A stretch of DNA of 64,000 nt from positions 42,867 to 106,866 of the IMG/VR virus record IMGVR_UViG_3300033075_001437; one strand, written 5' to 3'. A model generated the notes under the pieces. That model was not told the origin of the DNA. It saw only the letters and a program-made list of their open reading frames with translations, and did not search any database. This DNA comes from a virus. Lineage: Duplodnaviria > Caudoviricetes. The position numbers and the translations under genes are program-made. Each line of letters begins with the position of its first letter. The stretch's first letter is position 1. Below, piece after piece: positions 42,003 through 50,047 of the stretch.

Positions 42003-43154
42003 CTAGAACTTCTTCAAAACATCTTGAACATCAACTTCTTGTCCATTGTATAATATCTTATCGCCATGATTAAGTAAAAGTATCTCCCCATTCTTTAATT
42101 TGACAGCATACTTTTTAACAATTGGACCAAACGATATACCTCTATTTTCTTTTATCAATCTGCAAGCACTGTATATATATTCTAATGTCTTCAAACCCAA
42201 TATATCGAGCTTGCAATAGCCAAGCTTGCTTAAGTGTGTGTTGCGCCCTTCTGGCCACATTGTTGACCATGGATTTTTATTGCTACTTCTGGTTAAAGGA
42301 ACATTGCCGAACAGTGGTTTATTAGCTATAACTATAGCCCCAGCATGAACACCAGCGTTCCTAACCTTGCCGATCATTTTAATAGCATATTCAAATAAAT
42401 CTGGATGATTATCCTTGAATGCTTGCAATTGCTGATACTCAAATAAAGCCCTTCCTATCGTTATATTGTCATATTCATCAGATCCACATCTAGGGCATTT
42501 TAATTCAGCATGTACAAATTTGCATTCTTTCTCTTCTTCACTATCAACTTCTTTATACTTCCCTTTGCAAGTTGACTGCCCAAACTCTCTTAAATCATCA
42601 ACATCTTCAGGTAAAGTTGTTGTTAACGCATGAATTTCAGATTGATGTACCTTACCAATCGCTCTAGCAACATCCAATAATGCTGATTTGAATTTATATG
42701 TCTGCCAAGTTCCGACATTGCAAACATTGCCGTACTCATCATTAATATCAATATTAAATCTTGTAGCCGCATATTTTTTAATATCATCACGTGCTTCTGG
42801 TAAACAATCTATATCTATGTCAGGCATGTCCATATCTTTAGTAAAATCAGATGGTAAGTTGCCATATTGATCTAAAAATTTATGAACCTGCGTATATGAT
42901 GCATTATTCAACAATGGTTCTGTTCTTGTAGCTATTGGGTCTATATCAACCATACCAAGAAGCCACGGCAGAACCAACATACTTGGATTACTAGAAAACT
43001 TCCTGTTTTCTATATATAAATTAATCCAATATGTTTCATATCCTTGTTTTTCTATTTCTGAGAATTCGAATTTAAGTCTATCTATATAAACTTGATCTTT
43101 ATTTTTACTATTTAAATTATTTAAAGCTATTTCTTTTAATTCTTCCCAAATCAT
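42003..43154 (-). CDS. dnaE: DNA polymerase III alpha piece 3: catalytic palm/thumb
   Basis: MPDIDID, KSALLDVARA, RNAGVHAGAIVI, KLDILGLKTL (all three catalytic aspartates). Confidence 0.93.
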   Translation of the reverse strand: MIWEELKEIALNNLNSKNKDQVYIDRLKFEFSEIEKQGYETYWINLYIENRKFSSNPSMLVLPWLLGMVDIDPIATRTEPLLNNASYTQVHKFLDQYGNLPSDFTKDMDMPDIDIDCLPEARDDIKKYAATRFNIDINDEYGNVCNVGTWQTYKFKSALLDVARAIGKVHQSEIHALTTTLPEDVDDLREFGQSTCKGKYKEVDSEEEKECKFVHAELKCPRCGSDEYDNITIGRALFEYQQLQAFKDNHPDLFEYAIKMIGKVRNAGVHAGAIVIANKPLFGNVPLTRSSNKNPWSTMWPEGRNTHLSKLGYCKLDILGLKTLEYIYSACRLIKENRGISFGPIVKKYAVKLKNGEILLLNHGDKILYNGQEVDVQDVLKKF

Positions 43155-43564
43155 TTGCCGCCTGCACCTGGATGTATAGCGTTCATATGGTTAGTCAGCC
43201 CAAATTGTTTTTTAAACTTTTTATTACATATTGGGCAAGTAATGTCTTTAGTTGATTCTTCTATTAGCGACTGTGCCGGTTCTTGATCCAATACTGGCGC
43301 AGTTTGAATTTGCGGCACTTGCGGCGTAATTTTATCTTGTTTTACCGGTTTACTTTGATGATTTATATAATTTTCTTTCAATTTCCAAGGCTGCATAGCG
43401 TATGTAAAGCCATCTTTCTCATATGTATCAGCTTGATAAACAAGAGCTTTTTTAGATTTGGCAATATCTGTTGCGACATCATTCTTCAAAACTGTAGCTA
43501 AAACCTTAGCAGGTGGGTGTACGACAATATACGCTACTTTATTCATTACAAGTACCACTGTCAA
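43151..43564 (-). CDS. Protein with C-terminal C2H2 zinc finger
   Basis: CPICNKKFKKQFGLTNHMNAIH. Confidence 0.65.
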   Translation of the reverse strand: MTVVLVMNKVAYIVVHPPAKVLATVLKNDVATDIAKSKKALVYQADTYEKDGFTYAMQPWKLKENYINHQSKPVKQDKITPQVPQIQTAPVLDQEPAQSLIEESTKDITCPICNKKFKKQFGLTNHMNAIHPGAGGK

Positions 43565-43973
43565 AAGTGTCTTTGCCTAGTATGACTTTATCGCAAATAC
43601 TTTCTAAGAACGTTTGTTTATATTGGTTAATATAAACATGATCAAACTTCATAAGTAATAAACGAATATTCCGTAATAACAACTTATTCTTATTAGATTC
43701 ATACTTCCAAGTATTACCATCTTTAATAAAAAAATTTATTACATCAGCGTTGCAATATAAATACAAAGTATTACAATAAACATTATTATAATTATATGAG
43801 GTCAAAGCAGATAGAATCGATTGCAATTTTACAAATTCAGCAGTTTTATTATATAGCTGATAAGCATAATATCTATGATAATTGCAATATACAGATTTAA
43901 TAGCTACAGTTGATACAGTGTTATCTACCTTTTCATAACAATATAATTTACAATTTATTGCCATGGACGTCAC
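43539..43973 (-). CDS. Degenerate RNase HI-like fold
   Basis: NKTAEFVKL..IL.AL, LYLYCN, GNTWKY...LL..IRLLLMKFDHV echo the RNase HI pattern without the catalytic aspartates. Confidence 0.3.
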   Translation of the reverse strand: MTSMAINCKLYCYEKVDNTVSTVAIKSVYCNYHRYYAYQLYNKTAEFVKLQSILSALTSYNYNNVYCNTLYLYCNADVINFFIKDGNTWKYESNKNKLLLRNIRLLLMKFDHVYINQYKQTFLESICDKVILGKDTFDSGTCNE

Positions 43974-44370
43974 ATATTGTAGGATATTCTGATTTTGTAG
44001 CTGCCGCTAATGCGTTTAATAATTTAGATATTATTCTTAATAAATTATATTTCGCCTGTATCTTATCTATTTTCCTTAATTTAATTATAGCTATCAATAA
44101 TTCGTCATTTAAATTCATGATTTCTTCGGTAAGACCTTTCGCCGCATTAATAGATGCTACATGTTTCGACACATGATTTGCAACTGATTCGATAATTGCA
44201 TATGATAAGCCTATTAATTCTCTCGTCGGATCATTATTAATAATCAATGAATCTATAATATCTATAGATTTAATAAGATATGCGGCCAATTCCGAAGTTG
44301 GGCCATTATATATTAGCAAGTATATTCTAATTGAATGTTTAAATTCTGAATTTGCATCTATTTTATTCAT
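43948..44370 (-). CDS. Hypothetical helical protein
   Basis: 140-aa ORF whose start overlaps the dnaE piece 2 stop. Confidence 0.55.
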   Translation of the reverse strand: MNKIDANSEFKHSIRIYLLIYNGPTSELAAYLIKSIDIIDSLIINNDPTRELIGLSYAIIESVANHVSKHVASINAAKGLTEEIMNLNDELLIAIIKLRKIDKIQAKYNLLRIISKLLNALAAATKSEYPTICDVHGNKL

Positions 44371-44690
44371 TATTTTTCCGGCATTGTCACTTTTAAAAGG
44401 TATCCGCCACGGCTGCTTGACAAGAATCTGTCAAAACTCAAATCCCATTTCATTGGGTCATAATTTGAAATTCCTAATAAATAACATACTAAACTTCCGC
44501 CAGCCGAATTAGAACTGAACACTCCATTTAATTGATATGTGTTAGTGGCGCTAACTTGTAAATCATATACTTTACCGGTGTATTTCTTCTTTGTTATCTT
44601 GTTTATTCTTATTCTCTTTATAGTATTTTTTGTAACCAATTTCTGCAATTCTTTTATGTTTTTGATCTGTGAAGGTAATAGTTGATTCAT
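44370..44690 (-). CDS. dnaE: DNA polymerase III alpha piece 2: split-intein C-half plus 45-aa extein
   Basis: YTGKVYDLQV...NGVFSSN, then SAGGSLVCYLLGISNYDPMKWDLSFDRFL (equivalent to DnaE SAAGSLVAYxLGITxxDPLxxxLLFERFL). Confidence 0.92.
   Translation of the reverse strand: MNQLLPSQIKNIKELQKLVTKNTIKRIRINKITKKKYTGKVYDLQVSATNTYQLNGVFSSNSAGGSLVCYLLGISNYDPMKWDLSFDRFLSSSRGGYLLKVTMPEK
44508..44690 (-). mobile_element. Split intein C-half (pair A)
   Basis: Block F VYDL; terminal Ser-Asn (Asn at 44508-44510); Ser +1. Confidence 0.88.
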
Positions 44691-45055
44691 TGAAAATAAC
44701 CCTAATTTGCCGCCACATGTGACTTCCGCCTGTTCCTCTTAAAATACCTTCGGAAAGCAATCTCTCCGTTGTATATAATACATAATTATCAGCAACGCCA
44801 GTTTCTATGATATATCTTTCAGCGGCTGCCTGTTTTTCGCCAACTTTGTTTTGGTAAAATCCTTTTATTTCTATTATCGATTTAACATTTTTATCATCTA
44901 TGACACAGAAATCTGGATGATAAAAATGTTTATCATATGCTATACTAAAATCGCACCTTCTGATGGTTTTATAATTGTTTCTAACGTGCCAAATATATAT
45001 GTTGAATATTTCCGCACTTATTGCAATTATATGTTATTTTGGTTTTTTTCGACAT
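44572..45055 (-). pseudogene. Broken PD-(D/E)XK homing-endonuclease remnant between the intein halves
   Basis: ATG 45055 gives MSKKTKITYNCNKCG...AR* (24 aa). A second frame, open 45033-44572, reads FYHPDFCVIDDKNVKSIIEIKG with no standard start upstream of the motif. Confidence 0.6.
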
Positions 45056-46643
45056 TAGCGATTAAATCCGAGATACCACCGATGATTTCATCAGTATCTT
45101 TGATTTCATATGCTTTCAGTAAACATACAATATTATCTCTTATGACATATAGCTTATGGTCAGAAGTTAATTCCAAAACGCATCCGTCAACTTCAATAAC
45201 AAACAACTCTTCAGATACATCATAAATGAATTTATTTTCAACTACTTGTTTATCACCGAATCCGTCAATTATCTCATCGCCTATAGATATGTCAGATATT
45301 TTTTGGCAACTGTTAACGGACACATTAACTAAAGCGTCTGGTGTAGTGCAGCCACGGGGGGCAAATGGGAAGCCCCTATTTTTGCCATAATCTATTAAAT
45401 CTTTAGTTATTAAAAAATAACTAGCAAAACCTTTTTCAATAAATCTGCTTAATTCTAATTTAGCCTGATCTAAATAAGTTACCTCTTTGCCATCAACAAC
45501 AAATTTCCTATCACACTTATCTAAACCAAGCTCCTTCAATCTATTCTTAACAATTGTTATAAGCTTCTTATCAGCATCTTCAATACTCGGTATCTTAGGC
45601 GATAAATCGAATTTAACATTGTCGCACTTGTCAGCTATTTCAATAGAGTTATCACATGCCTCATGAAACCTTCTATCATCTATACCATCAGAATATGTAT
45701 TATTCTTGAATCTTGTCCATAATTCAGCACGTGTTTTAAAATATTGTTCATCGCTATTAACATGAAACAAATCTGGCGAATCAACAGTTGTTTCTTGATC
45801 TATTGCCATCATGATTTTTTGGATCATTGAATCTTCTCTTTTCATATAATGACAATCATTAGTTATAACTGGTTTAATTTTAAATTTATCAGCTATCATA
45901 TTTAATATTTTAAAAACTCTGTCATCGCCATCAACCCCAGGCATTTGAAGTTCAATATAATAATCATCGCCGAATATTTGTTTATATGATTTTATAATAT
46001 TCACAGCGGAATTAAGACATTCACTGTCTGTGCGTTCCTTTAAAATATTGCCTTCTCTGTCCTTTATTTGCTTAGTTCTTAACTCGTGTGATACTGGGCC
46101 ATTTAAACAACCAGATAAAACTATTAATCCTTCTTTATATTTAAACAATTTTTCAGTCCAAGACCTGTTATATTTTGCTCTACCCATTCCAAATAAACCA
46201 TCTTTATAAGCTTCTGTAGTTAACTTTATGAGGTTTTCAACTCCTTGTCTGTTTTTACATAAGACAGTAAGATGTCTATTTCTAGTTATTTTAAAATAAT
46301 CTTCAATATTTTGTTTTTTCCATTCTTCAGATCTCCATTTTATCCCTTTAGATTCTAACTCTTGTCTTATCGGCTCATGGTCATTCAGATAAATTTCGCT
46401 ACCAGCGATATATTTAAGACCGCTTTTCTTGCACTCAAAAAAACCATCAGGCACTGATGCCATGTGGCCATGTTCAGTTAGAGCCAATGCACGGTAGCCT
46501 CTTTTCTTGCTTTCAGAGGCATATTGCTGGACATAAGCAACACCGTCTAACATTGAAGCAATACTGTGATTGTGTAAATGTATTATCTCTGAATCACCAA
46601 CATAATCCTCGCAAGTATAAATCTTATTCATGATAACATTCAA
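45027..46643 (-). CDS. dnaE: DNA polymerase III alpha piece 1: PHP domain plus split-intein N-half
   Basis: HLHNHS..SMLDG, ALTEHG, GSEIY, HLTVL, LSGCLNG, TNDCHY, GFASYFLI, APRG then CTTPD...LTSDH. Confidence 0.93.
   Translation of the reverse strand: MNVIMNKIYTCEDYVGDSEIIHLHNHSIASMLDGVAYVQQYASESKKRGYRALALTEHGHMASVPDGFFECKKSGLKYIAGSEIYLNDHEPIRQELESKGIKWRSEEWKKQNIEDYFKITRNRHLTVLCKNRQGVENLIKLTTEAYKDGLFGMGRAKYNRSWTEKLFKYKEGLIVLSGCLNGPVSHELRTKQIKDREGNILKERTDSECLNSAVNIIKSYKQIFGDDYYIELQMPGVDGDDRVFKILNMIADKFKIKPVITNDCHYMKREDSMIQKIMMAIDQETTVDSPDLFHVNSDEQYFKTRAELWTRFKNNTYSDGIDDRRFHEACDNSIEIADKCDNVKFDLSPKIPSIEDADKKLITIVKNRLKELGLDKCDRKFVVDGKEVTYLDQAKLELSRFIEKGFASYFLITKDLIDYGKNRGFPFAPRGCTTPDALVNVSVNSCQKISDISIGDEIIDGFGDKQVVENKFIYDVSEELFVIEVDGCVLELTSDHKLYVIRDNIVCLLKAYEIKDTDEIIGGISDLIANVEKNQNNI
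45030..45350 (-). mobile_element. Split intein N-half (pair A), 107 aa
   Basis: Cys1 at 45348-45350 directly after RG; block B TSDH; acidic. Confidence 0.88.
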
Positions 46644-47355
46644 ATCATTAGGATCATTAGGTAGACTAGGAAATCAAATTTTCCAATACGCTATGATCAA
46701 AAATTTAGCTACAACAAATAAATATGAATACGGAATACCAAAAAATTGTGATCTAAGGAATTGTTTTAAAATAGATTGTAAAGAAAGCGATAATATTCAT
46801 ACAGATTATAAATATGAAGAAGAATTCAAAAATTTCTCGACATACGACAAAAACATATTCAATATCAAAGACAATACTGACATTAGCGGATACTTTCAAT
46901 CATATAAATATATAGAAAGTGATTTTAAATTAGAATTTAAACAAGATTATTTTTTTCAATATAACAAAGATTCCGTTGGTGTTCACATTAGAAGAACTGA
47001 TTATGTCGATAATAAGTTTAATAAAGAACAACCAATAGAATATTATAATAAAGCAATGGATTTATTCGGTAATAATTATAATTTTTATATAATATCAGAT
47101 GATATAAACTGGTGCAAACAAAACTTTAAAGGCGACAATATTTTATTTTCAAATAATATATCAAGCTATGAAGATTTATACTGTTACTCCAAATGCGACA
47201 ATCAAATAATTTCAGCTAGCTCATTTAGTTGGTGGGGAGCATGGTTTAATGCTAAAGCAGATAAAACAATAATATATCCATATTATTGGCTACACGACAA
47301 CTTCATGAATATGGTTAAAGACTTAATCCCACCAACTTGGCTACCAATTAAATAA
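46630..47355 (+). CDS. GT11 alpha-1,2-fucosyltransferase
   Basis: GRLGNQIFQYA, GYFQSYKY, VGVHIRRTDY, ISDDINW, SSFSWWGAW. Confidence 0.85.
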   Translation: MITFKSLGSLGRLGNQIFQYAMIKNLATTNKYEYGIPKNCDLRNCFKIDCKESDNIHTDYKYEEEFKNFSTYDKNIFNIKDNTDISGYFQSYKYIESDFKLEFKQDYFFQYNKDSVGVHIRRTDYVDNKFNKEQPIEYYNKAMDLFGNNYNFYIISDDINWCKQNFKGDNILFSNNISSYEDLYCYSKCDNQIISASSFSWWGAWFNAKADKTIIYPYYWLHDNFMNMVKDLIPPTWLPIK

Positions 47356-47658
47356 CCTACATAGCCAACAAGAGCAATTAACTTTTACCTGTTTTTCTAT
47401 TATCCTGTCAACAATCTTTTCGACTGGTACTTCAACAATCTTAACAACTTCTTTTTCAACCTCAACGATTTTCTCAACTGGCACTTCCACTTTGACAACT
47501 TCATTGACACCGCTATAAACAGCTTTATAAATAGCGTCAAGATCTCTTAATGCTCTTTCAACAAACTTATGCTTTAAAACAAATTTCTTATTGTCATAAG
47601 CTTTTAAATCGTCTGCAAATTTTGCAATTAATTGCAATTGATCAGATTTGGTGCTCAT
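47341..47658 (-). CDS. Protein with VEVPVEK low-complexity repeats
   Basis: KVEVPVEKIVEVEKEVVKIVEVPVEKIV. Confidence 0.6.
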   Translation of the reverse strand: MSTKSDQLQLIAKFADDLKAYDNKKFVLKHKFVERALRDLDAIYKAVYSGVNEVVKVEVPVEKIVEVEKEVVKIVEVPVEKIVDRIIEKQVKVNCSCWLCRLFNW

Positions 47659-47671
47659 AATACCCTCGTTG

Positions 47672-48073
47672 TTATCTTATATTTGCTATTGGCATTTTAA
47701 TAAAATTGCCATGCTCATTTGTATACCATATATCATTAATATTTAAATCTAAAAGCAACTTGCAACATACATCACATGGTTTAGAAATCCCAAAAGAACC
47801 ATCTTTAAATATTCTAACATTGGCCAACTTTATTTTATCAAGTCTTATATCTCTTCTATACAAATTATTAATGGCATGCAGCTCAGCGTGTATGCAATGA
47901 TATCTATGTCCATAAATCTTCGCAATAGGATGTGACTTCCTAGCATTGTTCCAGCCAAAACTTATTATTTTATTCTTATAGATTATAAAACTAAAATGCA
48001 AAGTCCTACAATTAGACAATGAAAAATCATTTACACACTTTTTAAAAATGCGATTCTGAAGCTTACTATTCAT
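47672..48073 (-). CDS. Zn-dependent cytidine-deaminase-fold protein
   Basis: HAE ... SKPCDVC. Confidence 0.75.
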   Translation of the reverse strand: MNSKLQNRIFKKCVNDFSLSNCRTLHFSFIIYKNKIISFGWNNARKSHPIAKIYGHRYHCIHAELHAINNLYRRDIRLDKIKLANVRIFKDGSFGISKPCDVCCKLLLDLNINDIWYTNEHGNFIKMPIANIR

Positions 48074-48087
48074 AATGATATATACAA

Positions 48088-48870
48088 ATGAGCAATAAAA
48101 TCATTCAAATAAACAAGTTTGCAAAATTGCATAACGGCAAAACAATAATATTCTCAAAAACAGATTTTCTAGAAGAAACATTTGAAAAAATACGAAAAAT
48201 AAAAAACAATGTCATACTAATAACAGGAAACAGTGATTACGAAATAACAGATAATACACTAAAAACATCACCAAAGAACATCAAAAAATGGTACGCACAA
48301 AATGCAAATACAAATAAAATAAATTGTATACCAATAGGCATAGAAAACCATGAAAATTGCATATTAGAAGGACATGGCATGGGCCATGCCCATGCCAAAA
48401 TAAAAATAGAACTATTAAACAAAAATTATGAAATACAGCCGACAAAAGAAATATATGCAAACTTCGCGACAAATACAAACCATACAAGAAACAAGATTAT
48501 AAATATATGTAAACATTTAAATAATGTCACTGACCATACATCTAACAGCCACATAGATAACATAAACAGAAATTATGAAATATATATAAACAATATATTA
48601 GACCACAAAATGGTTATAAGTCCAAACGGCAATGGCATAGACTGCCATAGGACATGGGAGACATTATATCTAAATAGAGTGCCAATAGTTGAAGAAAACG
48701 CAGTAACAATCCACTTCAAAAGCTTACCGATAATATATTTAAAAAACTGGGAGCAGTTAAATGATACACAATATATCAATGATCAATATAACAAAGTGAT
48801 AAGAAACACTAAAGAAATGCTAGATATAAATTATTGGACTAATGAAATATTAAGTCAAAATATGAACTAA
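48088..48870 (+). CDS. Exostosin/GT47-like glycosyltransferase
   Basis: KWYAQN, IPIGIEN, MVISPNGNGIDCHRTWETLYLNRVPIV. Confidence 0.6.
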   Translation: MSNKIIQINKFAKLHNGKTIIFSKTDFLEETFEKIRKIKNNVILITGNSDYEITDNTLKTSPKNIKKWYAQNANTNKINCIPIGIENHENCILEGHGMGHAHAKIKIELLNKNYEIQPTKEIYANFATNTNHTRNKIINICKHLNNVTDHTSNSHIDNINRNYEIYINNILDHKMVISPNGNGIDCHRTWETLYLNRVPIVEENAVTIHFKSLPIIYLKNWEQLNDTQYINDQYNKVIRNTKEMLDINYWTNEILSQNMN

Positions 48871-49533
48871 AAAATCTACTAATTTGTCACAATCATCCTC
48901 ATTATACCAATTAGCAATTGTGTCATCAGCACTATGGCATTTCACCCACCTATCACAATATCCATAACCATCTAATTGTTTAATATCATTGTCAGACACC
49001 ATAGTAACACAAGCACTTTTGGTAATATTATTGTTATACCTTTGAAGCATATCTAATGCAGAGGCACAATTATATGGCATATTATAAACGGGAATCTTAA
49101 ATAAATCAAAATTGTTATATTTTGACATAATTAACCGATTACCAGATGCAGTTAATTCTAAATCTATTAAATAATCAGTAAACGGTATATAATTAATACC
49201 ACATTTATATATATCGCATGTTTCTTCAGCATCTATAAAAGCTAATGAAACATTATATTTTAATTCTTTGAATTTCAACTTTTGATACAATTTTATAAGA
49301 TTAATAACGCTCGCAGAATTGTCTAAACAATTCTCATAATTGTTAAACACAACATCATAGTGCGCACTAATTGTTATAGATATATCATTGCCAGCTGACA
49401 ACATTGAATATATATTCACATATTGCGTGTTCTTTATATTATATGGTATATTAAATGAATTTATAACCTTGTCGCTGATAAATTCCCTCTTATCAGCGGC
49501 ATTATTCAATTTACAATATTCATTAATCAGCAT
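48850..49533 (-). CDS. M28-family metallopeptidase-like protein
   Basis: ISAHYD, DNSASV, FIDAEE, CHSADD. Confidence 0.7.
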   Translation of the reverse strand: MLINEYCKLNNAADKREFISDKVINSFNIPYNIKNTQYVNIYSMLSAGNDISITISAHYDVVFNNYENCLDNSASVINLIKLYQKLKFKELKYNVSLAFIDAEETCDIYKCGINYIPFTDYLIDLELTASGNRLIMSKYNNFDLFKIPVYNMPYNCASALDMLQRYNNNITKSACVTMVSDNDIKQLDGYGYCDRWVKCHSADDTIANWYNEDDCDKLVDFLVHILT

Positions 49534-49764
49534 AACAAACTTGATCTAAACGCGGACCTGTTCCAACCATGTTACTGGTATAGATGTATCATCCTCGATC
49601 ATCTTTATAAAATCTAACACTTTTGCTGGCAAATTGTCATAATTGTTACAACCAAAACATTCCCAATCAATATAATTAGCAAAATTAAATGCTAGTTTTG
49701 TAACCCCATTTATAATACAAGCTTCTTTCATCTGACGTTTACTATATGTGAAAACTCTACGCAA
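49523..49764 (-). pseudogene. Displaced original 3' end of purZ (1-nt frameshift)
   Basis: LRRVFTYSKRQ...NFANYIDW...PVT then, after a 1-nt shift, MVGTGPRLDQVCYAD*; 51/79 identical to the purZ C-terminus by manual alignment. Confidence 0.85.
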
Positions 49765-50047
49765 TATGCTTAAACGGCTATGGGACGAACAATCTGGCAT
49801 ATGTCCAATAACTGGTTGGAGTATGGAAAAAAGAAAAACAGGTTCTGGTTTAACAGCTAGAACAGTCACCGTCGATAGAGTCGACCAAACCATTGGGTAT
49901 ATCGAAAATAACATACGATTAGTATGCTTCGCTGCAAATAATGCAAGATATGTTTGGAGTGATTATGATCTTGTATTATTTTGTAAGGCTGTTATTAAAA
50001 CTAACGGAAACACACATGATTGTTGCGAGGACCAGTCCCAACAATAG
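49748..50047 (+). mobile_element. His-Me/HNH-like homing endonuclease domain (probably truncated; ATG at 49766)
   Basis: LWDEQSGICPITG...TVDRVDQTIGYIENNIRLVCFAANNAR. Confidence 0.7.

Noticed and set aside
35674-44370. Group I/II introns joining dnaE pieces 2-3 and 3-4 at the RNA level
   Set aside because: The gaps are filled with tightly packed unrelated genes, I see no intron core sequence, and each piece has its own start and stop.
45034-45050. Slippery heptamer A AAA AAC at the end of intein N-half A as a -1 frameshift into the hidden endonuclease
   Set aside because: The -1 frame hits TAA (45034-45036) within three codons, so it cannot make the fusion.
49546-49914. Track ORF of 122 aa as a real gene
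   Set aside because: Its N-terminal part is the antisense of the endonuclease fragment; only the purZ relic from 49764 down is meaningful.
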